A stretch of DNA of 64,000 nt from Isurus oxyrinchus (GCA_026770705.1 JANJGN010000100.1:1612001-1676000); one strand, 5' to 3'. Positions 39,405 to 51,915 are shown, counted from the first letter of the stretch. Notes: generated by a model not told the origin, from the letters alone. Numbers and translations are program-made.

Positions 39405-39480
39405 AGCCAGGAATAATGAGCAGCGTGAAAACCCAATTGATTTGAACTCCATCACTTTAACCAGTCGGCCATGGCAACTG
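39405..39480 (-). pseudogene. Decayed tRNA-Ser relic
   Basis: ACCCAATTGATTTGAACTCCATCACTTTAACCAGTCGGCCA resembles the reverse complement of tRNA-Ser; same flanks as the 46310 copy. Confidence 0.55.
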
Positions 39481-39869
39481 GCACTATGGACGTGTTAATG
39501 TTATTGGAATATAAGATGGCTGCAGCAGAGAAGGCGGGCTTTCAGCCCATCTTCTACGTACTCTGTCTGGAAGAACAGCTCAACTACTTTCACTGCCGTA
39601 CATTCTCACACAAGCAATTACTATTTGTATTGCCTCTCCTCCTTCTCCCAATTAAAATTAAACCCAATACACGCCTGCATTCATTTTGAGCTGGCACTTT
39701 GGCTTCAGAAGAGAGCATTCAAAGTGGTCCACAGGTCAACCACCAGTAACCTTGGCAGCAGTTCCACAAATAATGGAACCTGAATCCAGCACCTGAGGCT
39801 GTTCGGCCAGGCTACCTCTCTCAACCTGCTGTTTCCCGTCACCTTGATGGTGTTTCCACTGAAACAGAA

Positions 39870-40330
39870 CATTAAAAATTGGCTATAAGCTCCCTCGAGC
39901 CTCCACTACCATTTAATAAGATCTTGTCAGATCCCCAAACTCTACACCAATTTCCCACCTAATCCCAATAGCTCTTCACTCCCTTAAAGCCCAAGAATGT
40001 ATCCACCTCAGCCTTCAATATTCTCATTGGCTGGGGATCCACAGACACCCGGGCTACAAAATTCCATAGATTCTCAAGCCTTTGAGTGAAGAAATGTCTC
40101 CTCACCTCAGTCCTAAATGGCTGACACATTGTCCGGAGAATGTGAGCCCAGTTCTAGACGCTCCACCCGGGGGGAAACAGCCTCTCAGCATGTTCACTGT
40201 CAAGCTGGCTCAGAATGTCAGACTTTTCATTATTCTAAACTCCAGATAGAACAGGCTCATCCCACTTAATCTCTCCTCCTAGGGCAACCACCTCATCTCA
40301 GGAATCAATCCAGTGAATCTTGGTTGTGCA
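39870..40330 (-). mobile_element. CR1 3'-end fragment
   Basis: Reverse complement of the CR1 ORF2 end and 3' UTR (RFTGLIPEMRWL..., CCATTTAGGACTGAGGTGAGGAGACATTTCTTCACTCA). Confidence 0.75.
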
Positions 40331-41581
40331 CAGACAGCGAGTGAATGGAGGGAACTAAGAGCACAAGAGTGAACAGAGATAGGGACACAGACAGAGATAC
40401 TGAGAGAGTGAAAGAGAGCGAGGCAGATATACAGAGGCAAAGGGAGACAGTTAGGGACAGAGAGTGGAGAAGACACTGGGAACAGATACACTTCACCATT
40501 CCATACGATCGTTAACTTGGATTGACAGAGAGAAAGAAAGAGGAGAAAGAAAGGCTTACATTTAAGCAGAGCCTTTCACCAACTCAGGACAACAGGAGGC
40601 GCTTTAGAGCCAATGAAATCTTTCTGAAGTGTAGTTACTGTTGTAATCTAATAACAGAGTAAATTTGATACAACAGCAGATGACAAATCCGATTTTAAGA
40701 ACTCATCTCAACGTAGAATATTTCTTTCTATATATCTAAACATGTCATTGTTTGTTTGATGCGAATTCAAATGATGTAAATCTGTAGCTGAAGAAATATA
40801 TTGCACCTCGAATCCCTGAAGAAACAACAACAAAGCATCCCATTTCTAGCAGGTCATCTCTCAGCCTTCTCTTTTCTGGAGAAAAGAGCTTCAGGCTGCT
40901 CAGCCTTTCTTGGTGATTATATCCGATCTGTTCCTTGAACATTTCTTGTTGAACTTTTACGTTCCTGGTGCTTGCGACACCTGACAGAAGTAGAAATAGT
41001 TTCTAATGTCGGAGGGATTTCAAGTTGGACTATTTGTATTTACAAATTCATTGTCTCGATGTGTCCATTGCCTTAACCACTCAACTACAAGGACTCGGTG
41101 TCTGTCTGTTTAAATGTTGCTCAGTGACAATTTCAATCAACCTCCACGTTGTACCAAACCGACCCTTAGAAGCTGAAAAGTCTTCATTCAAAAAAGAGAG
41201 AAAGAAACCTCTCTTTTACATTTTAAAACAGCTCTTGTTGTTTTATATACCATCTCAACATGAAGCCACACAACTAACGTGAATAATGCTTGAATGGTAA
41301 AAATGAGGAACTGAAACACAGTGACGCACACAGATGAACACACACAGATAAATACACCAAGACTGACAGAGGGCAAGGGGTTCTCTCTAAGGGGAGACAA
41401 GCACCCAGAAAGCAAGCCTGACACCAACCTGGCTCCATTTTTGTTTCATTTCTAACTGCAACTTTTGTGAGTGCTTGCAGACGAATGGAAATCAGAGCAC
41501 GCTGGAGATTTTGGGTGGCTTCTATTCAACTTAATCGATGATTAATTGTACAGGTACATTGAAAATTTCAGGAATGATAGG

Positions 41582-41665
41582 AGTAGCTGGCAGGATTCCA
41601 GCCTACCTGTGGAGATCCCAAAGCATTCAAAATGCGTCACCTTAACAACTCAGTGACGAATACAA
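41582..41665 (-). pseudogene. Decayed tRNA-Ser relic
   Basis: GTAGCTGGCAGGATTCCAGCCTAC...GGAGATCCCAA...CCTTAACAACTCAG; paralogous to 46310-46391. Confidence 0.55.
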
Positions 41666-41933
41666 GCCCCGGATTTGCAATAATGACGTTTGTATAAAAC
41701 ATAAGCAGCTCCATCAGATGGTCATTCACCATGTCGTTCACATGCTGACTCTCTGGAAGAGCAAATCAACTGCTGTAATTCCACACCCAGCCTTTTCCCC
41801 CACAGCAGTTCATATTTATATTGTCTCTCCTCGATCTTCCCAACAAAGTAAAACACCACACTGGATATAATGTGAGCTGGTATCTGCTTGTTCTAATGGG
41901 GCAGCTGCAGACACCAAAGAGAAGACCAAACAT

Positions 41934-42015
41934 TTGGCCGCATTGGGATTCCAACCCACGCCTCCATAGTGACTGGAGCCTAAAGCCAGTGTCTGAGACT
42001 GCTCTGCACGATAGA
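41934..42015 (-). pseudogene. tRNA-Leu(TAG) pseudogene
   Basis: TGGGATTCCAACCCACGCCTCC....GACTGGAGCCTAAAGCCAG matches the reverse complement of vertebrate tRNA-Leu(TAG). Confidence 0.75.
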
Positions 42016-43329
42016 ATCGCTGAAGGCATCAGCCATCGTTTCCTTCACTGGTGTTGCCACCAAAATAGAACAGAAGCAAAGGAGCAGGAATCGGTCATTG
42101 GGAAACTCGAACCAGCTCCATCAGTTAATCAGATCATCCTACACTTTGTAACATACAGACATCATCTCCAGTGGGACCTTAATTATTTCAATGTTTCATT
42201 ATTTCGATGTTTCAAATGATATTCCTTTTTTCCTGTGTGGCTGTGCGTGTTTACTCAATGAAATATTGGTACAAGGTAATTAGATTGTGTTTTTCCACTG
42301 AGAAAAATGAGGAGATGATTGGTCAGAATAAACTTTTTTCGAATGTTCGATTTGAAATCAACTATTTTTAAAATTTCCATAACTGTAAAATATTCGGAAA
42401 CCAATTCTTCATGTCATTGAGCCAGGGAAACTTTGTTAATTTTCGCATTAATATTCACACACTGCAGAAGCTCCTACACCTCTTTCAATATTGCTTTTCT
42501 CAACTCAGATTTTTCAAAGGGAATTAGACAAAGACTTGATTGGGGGGGGGGGGGGGGGGGGGGGCGCGGGGGAGGGGGGGGGGAATAGAGTTATGGTAGA
42601 GATAAAGAAATTCTGATTCATTAGAAAGCTCTTTGTACAAAACTGATGTCGATCTGTTGGGCCAAAAGGTCTCTTACTGCGCTGTGCCATTTGATGATGA
42701 CATTGTTGATCAGTCTGTCTCCAGCTTTCCTAATGAGAACAGCCGAATTCCATTTCTTCAAAACAAAGACCCAAAGTGCTGCTGCATGACGTCACCGCTT
42801 AACATTTCAGTGAAGCCCATTGAGCTTTGCGGCTATCTCCTGTTTCTGCAGTGCAGTGATTGTCACATTTGCCTGACACATTTTAAGATTCCTGGTTGAA
42901 GACTGCACAGAAACATTATCTAAATCTGCTGATTCACGTATGTTGAAGGCAGCACCTTACAGCCATGTGTCCTGCTCACTGCTCATCCTTCAACCAAACG
43001 CACCTGATCTGCTCATTGTGATTGGTTAATCAGGAGTGACTTTTGTCCCAGTCTGAACAGCAGGAAGAAAAAATCCCTCTCATTCCCACCCACATTTTGT
43101 ACCCTCATCCCTTTAGTCAGTTTCTTTCTCATGCCCTGTAACCTATCACACTCATTCCCTTTTGTCCTTTCACCACCTTCCCCTCGTCTCTGGACTTGTT
43201 TTCCACCTGTTACACCCCTGACTTTTCCAGCTCCAATAAAAGATCAACAAACTGGAAGATTAACACTGATTCTCACTCCACAGAAGGTGCCAGGCTCACT
43301 TTCACTTTCACAAAGCAGGAGGGGAAAGG

Positions 43330-43393
43330 TTTTCCTGGCTGGAAATTGAACCTGGGCTGCGGCAGTGAAGGCACCAAATTCAAAGCACTAAAT
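43330..43393 (-). pseudogene. Decayed tRNA-Glu(TTC) relic
   Basis: TTCCTGGCTGGAAATTGAACCTGGGCTGCGGCAGTGAAGGCACC...CACTA; CpG-decayed version of the 38378 copy. Confidence 0.65.
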
Positions 43394-44049
43394 TCTCCGC
43401 CTTCCATTGAAGTGGAGGCAGTTTCCACTTATAAACACAACGACTTTGATATTAACAAAGCGGGATGGAGAAAGATTCAGTTTGACCGTTGGCGCTGTCA
43501 GAGGAATGGAGAGCTGGGGATCACCCATGAAAGCAGCAAAGTTTAAAAGCAATGGCGCTCATGAAGCAGCTCCAACTCACAACCGACAGGTGCAGTGTCA
43601 TTCACTCTGCCAACTGATGATGTGTGCATCCACTTGTTCTGGTGTCTAACGTGCAGAAAGACAAATATGTTCCAATTGGAGCCTCAGTTTGTTCTGAAAT
43701 TCAAAGTGTAGAAGGCAATCGACCTACAAAAGCCCCAGGGTTGCAATGCATTCCTTTCAATCATCAATAACATCATTCAACATAGACCCACAGAATTATA
43801 GGAATGTTACAGTGAAGAAAGAGGCCATTCAGCCCGTCATGTGTTCGCCAGCCAGAAAAGAGGAAAAAGAAACCAGCTGCTCATTCTATTCTCACTTTCT
43901 GGCACCTTGTTGGCAGCCTTGCGGGTTACAGCACTTCAGGTGTTGATCCAGGTACTTATAAATAATTTCACCGTTTCAGCCTCAACCACAAACTTAGGCA
44001 GTGAATTCCAGATGCCCTCCACTCTCTGGATGAAAATTTTTTCCATTTT

Positions 44050-45960
44050 AATTTTGCATTCATGGGATGTGGACTTCACTAGCTGGGTCAGCATTTATTG
44101 CCCATCCCTAGTTGCCCTTGAGAAGGTGATGGTGAGCGGCCTTCTTGAACCACTGCAGTCCATGTGGTATGGATACACTAACAGGGCTATTAGGGAGGTA
44201 ATTCCATGATTCTGACCCAGTGATAGTGAACGAACAGCAATATATTTCCAATCAGGATGGTGAGTAATTTGGAGGAGAACTTCCAGGTGGTGGTGTTTCC
44301 ATCTATCTGCTGCCCTTGTCCTTCTAGGTGGTAATGGTAGTGGGTTTGGAAATTGCTTCTAAGGATCTTTGGTGAATTGCCGCAGTGCATCTTGTAGATG
44401 GTACACACTGCTGCTACAGTGCATCGGTGCTGGAGGGAAAGAATGCTTGTGGATGTTGTGCCAATCAAGGGGGCTGTTTTGTCTTGGACACTGTCAAGCT
44501 TAGTGAGTGTTGTTGGAGATGCACTCATTCAGGCAAATGGGAAGCAGTGTATCATACCACTGACTTTTGACTTGTAGATGGTGTACAGGTTTTGGGGAGT
44601 CAGGAGATGAGCTACTCGTATCAGGATTCAAAGCCTCTGACCTGGCCTTGTAGCCAAAGTATTTATATGGCTATTCCAGTCAGTTTCTAGTCAATGGTAT
44701 TCCCCAGGATATTGATAGGTGTGGATTCAGTGATGGTAATGTCAAGGGGCGATGGTGAGATTCACTCTTGTTGGAGATGGTCATTGCCTGGCACTTGTGT
44801 GACACAAATGTTAATTGCTACACGTCAGCCCAAGCCTGGATATTGTCCAGATCTTGCTGCATTGGAACATGGACTGCTTCAGTTTCTGAGGAACCATGAA
44901 TGGTGCTGAGCATTGTGCAGTCATCAGCGAACATCCCCACTTCTGACCTTTTGATGGAAGGAATATCATTGAGGAAGCAACTGAAAATGTTTGGGCCTAG
45001 GACCCCACCATGAGGAACCCCTGCAGTGATGTTCTGGAGTTGAGGTGACTGACATCCAACAGCCACAACCACCTTCCTTTCTGCTAGTGTGGCTCCAGCC
45101 AGTGGAGAATTTCCCCTCTGATTCCCATTGGCTCCAGTTTTGCTAGCGTTCCTTGATGCCAGACTTGGTCAAATATGCCCTTGATGTCAAGAGCGGTCAC
45201 TCTCACCTCACCTCATGAGTTCAGCTCTTTTGTCCATGTTTGAACCAAGGTTGTAATGAGTTCAGGAGCTGAGTGGCCCTGGCGGAACCCAAATTGGGTG
45301 TTAGTGTGCAGGTTATTGCTAAGCAAGTGCTGCTTGATAGCACTGTTGATGACCCTTTCCATTACTTTACTGATGATGGAGAGTAGACTGATGGGGAGGT
45401 AATTGGCCGGGTTGGATTTCTCATGCTTTCTGTGTACAGGGCATACCTGGGCAATTTTCCACATTGCTGGGTGGATGCCAGTGTTGTAGTTGTACTGGAA
45501 CAGCTTGGCTAGGGCCGTAGCAAGTTCTGGAGCCAAGTCTTCAGTGCTATTGCCTGAATTTTGTCAGGACCTATAGAATTTGCATCATCCAGTGCCCTCA
45601 GCATTTCTTGATATCACGTGGAGTGAATCGATTTGGCTGAAGACTGGTATCTGTGATGCTGGGGTCCTCTGGAGGAAGCCGAGATGGATCATCCACCCCC
45701 CTCTGCTGGCTGGAGATTGTAGCAAATTACTCAACCTTATCCGTTGCACTGATGTGCTGGGCTCCCCACCATTTAGGATGAGGATATTGTGGAACCTCCT
45801 CCTGCAGTGAGTTGTTCAGTTGCCCACCACCATTCATGACTGGATGTGGCAGGACTGCAGAGCTGAGATCTGCTCCTTTAGCTGTGGGACCGCTTAGCTC
45901 TGCCTATCACTTGCTGCTTATACTGTTTGTCACGCAAGCAGTTCCGTGTTATAGTTCTGG
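44050..45960 (-). mobile_element. CR1/L2-group LINE RT fragment of a different family
   Basis: PELATALAKLFQ...WKIAQVCPVH...NYLPISLLSIISKVME...QFGFRQGHS; AGVPHGGVLGP and MFADD motifs. Confidence 0.88.
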
Positions 45961-46309
45961 CAAACCTGTTGTTATTCACTTTACCATTTACCATGATGAT
46001 AGATAACGAATGTGAATAAAGTTTGCAATAGTAAACATGTGTTCACTCCCCTGGGATCTGAACCACATTGAAGCACGCACAGACAAAAACATGGTGAGTG
46101 ACAGAGGTCTGCGGAGAGAGAAATGCCCAGAAAACAAGAAGACCACCAACTTGGGTCAGTTATTGTTCTGTTCCTGACTGCAGATTGAATGAATGCTTGT
46201 CAATGAATGGAGATAAAGGAACACGAAAGCGAAGCAGAACAGAAGTCATGGGAACAATTTTATTCCATTTAGTCAACTGTGGAGGAATTTGAAGGAAGAA
46301 ACAGAACAA

Positions 46310-46391
46310 CGCAGTCGGCAGGATTCAAGCCTGCATGGGGAGACCACAATGGATTTCAAATCCAAGAACTTAACCACTTGGCCACAACTAA
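46310..46391 (-). pseudogene. tRNA-Ser(TGA) pseudogene
   Basis: 82 nt CGCAGTCGGCAGGATTCAAGCCTGCATGGGGAGACCACAATGGATTTCAAATCC...TTAACCACTTGGCCACAACTA is colinear with the reverse complement of tRNA-Ser(TGA); stems and B-box mutated. Confidence 0.8.
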
Positions 46392-47670
46392 AGCTGCTGG
46401 GTAAAGCGGTTATGTTGTTCAACCAAATTCATAGAATTGTTGCAGCAAAGAAAACTGGAATCGGTCTCACCTATTTCCGGTCACGACACAATTTTTATCA
46501 ATCCTCCTCATTCTTCCGAACAAAATGAAACTGCAGACATCGGCTTTCCCCAGCGCATCCTGAGGGATTTACTGAAGAGACCGAAAGAAAGCGAATTAGC
46601 TGGAATTTTGACAACGGTGTGATTTGAATATAATTTAAATTCAGTTTCTGAAACCAGTCAACCACACTTACCACAGTGAATGTCCCTTCAACCATTGCTT
46701 CGAGTGCGACCAGCCCTGAATTAGAACAGAACAACTGGGGCAGGAATGGAACCATTTTGCCCCTCCAGCCCACCATAGTATTGGAGAATCAGAGACAAGG
46801 TTACATTTGGCCCTGGTCTGAGGAACATAGGAGTAATGAACAGCAGGAGGCCATTCAACACTTCAAGCCTGCTCCAGTTTTCAATAAGATCATGGCTGAT
46901 CTGGTTCTGATCTCAACTCCACTTTCATGCTCCCCCACCAGAGACCCCTCCACCTCCACCACCGTGCTCCCCCCCACCCCCACCCCCGGCATAAGCCTTG
47001 ATTCCCTTGCCTGTCAAAAATCTGTCTAATTCTGCCTTGAATAAATTCAGTGACCCAGGCTCCACTGCTTTCTGGGGAAAATAATTTCACAGACCAACGA
47101 CCCTTTGAGAGAGAAAAAAAATCTCCTCATGTCCGTCTGAAAAGGGAGAACTTTTACCCTTATGGAAACTAACTGACCTGGTCCCACTCCCCCGCCTTTT
47201 ACCCGGAGACCTGCATTTTCTGTCCAATTCTCTTTTGAAATGTGATTGAATCTGCCTGCCCCACATTCTCAGTTAGTGCATTCCAGGTCCTAACCACTCG
47301 CTGTGTAACAGAGAAACCCCTTTAGAATTGTACAAATTATTTGATGTTGCCTCTCCTCATTCTCCTGACCAACATGAATCACAGTTCCCTCAATCAAATT
47401 TCAGGATTGTTTTTACAGTTTGCAGGAGGAATCCCTGCCATTGTATCAGTTAGCAGAGCGGTAAAAACGGGAATTGAATCTAGGCTGAGGTGGATGAAAG
47501 CACTAAACCTTTCTGACATCCAGTGAAGCCGAAGGCATTTTACATTCGTACAGGAGCAACTGTGATACTAACAAAGAGGATGGAGAAGGACTCAGTTTGA
47601 GCAGTGACACTGCCACAGGAATGGGAAGCTGGGATTCACCCATCAAAGCAGCAAAGTTTAAAAAACGGCG

Positions 47671-47743
47671 CTGTCCAGCGTGGGGCTTGAGCCCATGACC
47701 CTAAAATTAAGAACCATCTACTCTACTAACTGAGCCATGGATG
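47671..47743 (-). pseudogene. tRNA-Lys(CTT) pseudogene
   Basis: CGTGGGGCTTGAGCCCATGACCCTAAAATTAAGA....CTCTACTAACTGAGC matches the reverse complement of tRNA-Lys(CTT). Confidence 0.7.
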
Positions 47744-48984
47744 ATGCTGTTGTTTCACATACTTCCAGCCCAACTGGAAATCAAAGAGTGAGAAGGAAAG
47801 TGGAAGAGAAGTGACGGGTTTTGTAGATCCCACAGGAAAGAGACTCCAGGATCAGTTCATTGTGACAGTTCACACAGCAACAAGAAAACAACATTCCCTG
47901 AGGAGGGCCAAACCCGGGCAGCAGGAGTAGGAGCGCCGAATAATAGCATGTTTAGTTCCAACACAGAAGACTTGTTCAGCCAATAACCGTATCGAGTGTG
48001 TTAGATATGAACACGAAGTGAACAGTGAAGTGAAATATTGCCACAAACTGCGGATGTACGGCTTCCAGTTTCCAAAACCCACCAACGAATCAATGCGGCT
48101 CCTCTGAAACTTTCAAGGCAAATATTCATCCTTTATTAGGTTCCGTTGACAGAACTATACACAGTCCTCCAGGTGTGATCTAACCGGGACTTTGTATAGC
48201 TGTAGCAAACCTTTCTCGTTTTTCTATAACAGCCTCTGTAACAGTTTGTACAGCAAGGGGAATTAAATTGTATATATCAGCTGAGAAAAATGAGGAGATG
48301 TTTGGTCAGAATAAAATTCCTTTGAAAATTCCATTTGAAATGAACTTCATTTTTTTTGAAAGCTGTGTAAGAATCCCCAGGCTAAGTCTTCATGTCACTG
48401 GGTCAGGGGAACGTTGTTACTGTTCACACACTGAGCATGGACACGGCAGCAGCTCCTGCACCTCTTTCAACATTCTATTTCTTCACTCAGGGTTTTCAAA
48501 AGGGAATTCGAAAATGAAAACGAAGTGTCAAACATCATGGTTATGTAGAAAGAAAACGAAATTGAGACTAATTGGAAAGAACATTGTAAAAAGCTGTTAT
48601 TGATATGATGGGTTGAACGGTCTGCTCACGTGCTATGCCATGTTATGCTGACATTATCAGATTAATTTGACGGCAGCATTTCTAAATCTGCCACCTGAAT
48701 TCCATTTCCGAAAATCAAAGGCCCAAAGTGCTGCTGCAGGACCTCACGGTTTAACATGATGTGTAGGTGTCTCTGGCTCTGTCAGGTATTGTTCCGTATT
48801 GGAGCGGTTATCACATGTGAAAGGTCCTCACTTTGAAACTGGGCAGAAACATGATCAAAATCTGTAAATTTAATGGTAAGCAAATATCCGAAAATACACG
48901 TTTGATGCTAAATATTAAGGGAATACAGTGTCTCACAGCCACGTGTCCTGCTCATCCGTCAGTCAACGTCACAAAAACACACCA

Positions 48985-49135
48985 TCCATTCATTATGACG
49001 TTGCTGGTTGTGAGAGTTTGCTGAGCACTAATTGGCTAAGTGTTTCCTACATCACAACAATGGCGACACTTCAAAATGTCCTTCATTGTCTGGAAAGCGC
49101 TTTGAGACGCCCGCTGGTCGGAAAAGTGCTGTAAG
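48985..49135 (+). mobile_element. SINE 3' portion (DeuSINE/SacSINE1-like)
   Basis: TTTCCTACATCACAACAATGGCGACACTTCAAAA...CTTCATTG.CTG.AAAGCGCTTTG; inverted relatives near 40550-40650 and 58240-58330. Confidence 0.5.
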
Positions 49136-49201
49136 CATTGACCAGGAGGCAGGGGTGTAAGGTGTTATATTCAACAAACGTGAATGAACAGATTGTGATA
49201 T

Positions 49202-49262
49202 TTTTTCTGCCCGATTTCGAACCACTTGTTAGGCAAACGTAATAACCGCTACAGTAAATACA
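49202..49262 (-). pseudogene. tRNA-Val(AAC) pseudogene with internal deletion
   Basis: TTTCTGCCCGATTTCGAACC--TGTTAGGCAAACGTAATAACCGCTACA matches the reverse complement of tRNA-Val(AAC). Confidence 0.7.
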
Positions 49263-50047
49263 AGTCTGTCTTTCTTTAATTATCTTAAATTCCAGTCCTC
49301 TGGCTAGTGACCCCCGTCAGTGGAAACAGTCTCTCCCTGTCTGCTCCATCAAACCGCCCCGTCCCCGTTGGCCCCACCCCCATCATTTTGAACAGCTCCA
49401 TGAATTCTCCATTTAATCGACATTGCTCTGAAGAGAACAAGCCCGGTCTCCATAATCTCTGCACAAAACTGAATTTCCTCATCTCTGGACATGATGAAAG
49501 GCGGAGGATTGAGAGATTTTGGAAAATATTGTCAGTTGGCAGGTAGGAAAATGGAGAAAGAACCAAACCAGAAAACCCAGTCTCCAGCTTTGTGCATCTT
49601 CAGAAAGACTTTGGGAACCGGAATCAGGGGAGAATGAAGGGCGAACTGCCCGACTGACCAGTGCCAGTCAAAGTACCTTTCCCTTCTTTAAGATGCTGGA
49701 ACAGTGACTCTGATGTTATCAGTGAAATTAACTGATCTGAGACATTGAAAGATTTATCGTTACTGCACATCAGGAATTCAAACCTAATATCGGCTTCAGG
49801 ACAATCAGAATACTTGGTAACAGTCAAGACAGCTAAAGACTCGAAGGGAGATGGCACCGGTTGTAGGAGAGCTACGTCCCGGTGACATGGATGTGTCTGC
49901 AGTGGGTGTGATCAGACTGTATCCACAATGAATGTCCCACTCTTTTATTTGGGAAGAGTAAAACTGAGAAAGAATAATGTTTTTACTTTGCCTCTCGGTT
50001 CATAACATTTAAATTAATATTGAATTTCTCCCCTTGTGTGCAGAACT

Positions 50048-50086
50048 GGTTATTGTGTGACCCAGATCAGCAAATGTAACACAGTG
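50048..50086 (+). other. Recombination signal sequence (23-bp spacer) 5' of JH
   Basis: Nonamer GGTTATTGT at 50048-50056 (8/9 to GGTTTTTGT), a 23-nt spacer, and heptamer CACAGTG at 50080-50086 (6/7 to CACTGTG, critical GTG intact). Confidence 0.93.
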
Positions 50087-50134
50087 ACTATATGGATTAC
50101 TGGGGCCAAGGAACCATGGTGACGGTGACTGCAG
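50087..50134 (+). CDS. IGHJ: Immunoglobulin heavy-chain J segment (YMDYWGQGTMVTVTA)
   Basis: WGxG motif, preceded by an RSS and followed by the phase-1 donor G|GTAAG. Confidence 0.96.
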
Positions 50135-51724
50135 GTAAGAAACAAGCCTTCATTCTGCGCTCTTGGATTTGCTTCATTGTTTCACATTTCTGTTTATTTT
50201 TGTCATTTATTTGTTAACCGAAACTTTGCATTCTATGTTTACAATGTTTCATTTAATTATGCTGCAAAGGGATTGAACAATTCTCCTGCTTCTCGGCAAA
50301 AAATAAAGCTCTGGGAATTTTAAGGACTTCTTTGTATGATTTGCCTTTTATCTGCTGATGAGGCTTTGTGCCTGGCTTACTTTAAATACATGAGTTTTGT
50401 TAATCAGTTTGGTGTTTCTACCATGTTTAATCTCGGTGACATCTGATTGCTGCAAGTTTTCTAATCGACTGATTACATTGTGTTTAAAAGTGTTGGAAAT
50501 AAGATTATAGACAGGAAACCGAGTGCTATCAAGGTCAAAAATGTCATTTTAAACTATGGCTTTTAAAATAAATGTTTGCCATTTTTATTTGTGTTTAACT
50601 GCGCTGTAAAATATCAATATAATGCTGACCAACGTTCATCTTAAATAAGTGAAGTGCTACGATAACTAAGAACAACAGGGTTAACAAATTTGCTGCCTGG
50701 GTCAGGATTAAATGAAAACAACTTGAAACATTAAAATGCAGTAATGTCGCCAGATATTACTGAAGTATACAGTGAAAATCAACACAATGCATTAAACATG
50801 ATGCATCGAAGTACAATTCTTCTGCCATTGTTTCATATTTCTGTTTATTTTAATAAATGACTTATTCAATGAAAGGCGATTTCTGTGCGATGTATCGAGG
50901 TTGATTTGAAATGTTGCATCTGATTCTGCTGAAAGGATTTAGGTAATTAAGCAGTTGTTGGATTCAGTCCCTCGGTGTTGTGATTTGGTGTTAAGTGCTG
51001 AGGAGAGTATGTGCCTGGGTTACTTTGAACAGTTAAAGCTCATGGAACTGTTTGGTGATTCTACAACGCGTATTTTCGATCACATCTACCGTGTGTTGAT
51101 GATGTGCTTAAACCATTGTGAAGGAAGGTTATAGTTATAAAGCAGGCAGGCTTTTTAATCAATTGTGATAGATATATTGATGCATTTTTATTTCAGTGCT
51201 AATTGCAGATTCAAAAATTAATATTTTGTTTCCGATATTCCTATTTAATACTTGAGGTAATAATGCAATGTTAAAGGACATAACCAGCGAATTTCAACTG
51301 TGATGGGGAGTTAAATGAATATAACTCAAACGGTTATAACGCGACAGCGCTGTTCCTTCAATTTTAGTGTAGCCCATTATCACTAAGCTAATCTTAAACA
51401 GTTTGCAGTTGGAATTGCTCAATAATTCAATTCAAATTCAGAGAAAGTTCAGAATGCATATGTCTGGAGATGGGCAAACATTGCTATTGAAGCAGGTTGG
51501 CTTAATTATAAATGTAACTTTTGAATTGATGAACAACAACCAATCTTGCAAAACTGTGAGATATACGGATTGAATTAAATGGGAGCTACCTTTAATTCTC
51601 ATTAAAATCGTTGTTCTTTTTGCTCGTTGAATTTCAGTGTCTCAGGTGATGCAGAGGAATTGTTATCTCTCAGTTGTGCACTTTGTGGATCTTAATTTCA
51701 ATAAGTAGCATTAAATATTTAAAC

Positions 51725-51915
51725 AAAAAATGCTGAACAAATACTCAGCAGGACTGGCAGCATCTGTCCATGGAGAAGCAGAGATCTGAAGAAGAGTCAT
51801 ATGGATTCGAAATGTTAACTCTGTTTCTCTCTCCACTGATGCTTCCAGACGTGCTGAGTTTTGCCAGCATTTTCCGTTTTTATATCAGATTTCCAGCATC
51901 CGCAGCATTTTATTT
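51725..51915 (+). mobile_element. Penelope-derived fold-back element carrying a hammerhead core, in the J-Cmu intron
   Basis: Inverted arms AAATGCTG..CTCAGCAGGACTGGCAGCATC / GATGCTTCCAGACGTGCTGAG..CAGCATTT enclose CTGAAGA-A-GAGTC-ATATG-GATTC-GAAA-TGTT. Confidence 0.75.

Noticed and set aside
42542-42583. Poly-G tract
   Set aside because: Simple homopolymer with unreliable length and no supporting context.
49540-49960. Possible V or D remnant upstream of JH (AACAGTG near 49700, CAGTGGGT near 49900, CACAATG at 49924)
   Set aside because: No matching nonamers, no paired heptamers, and no V framework motifs in the frames I translated.
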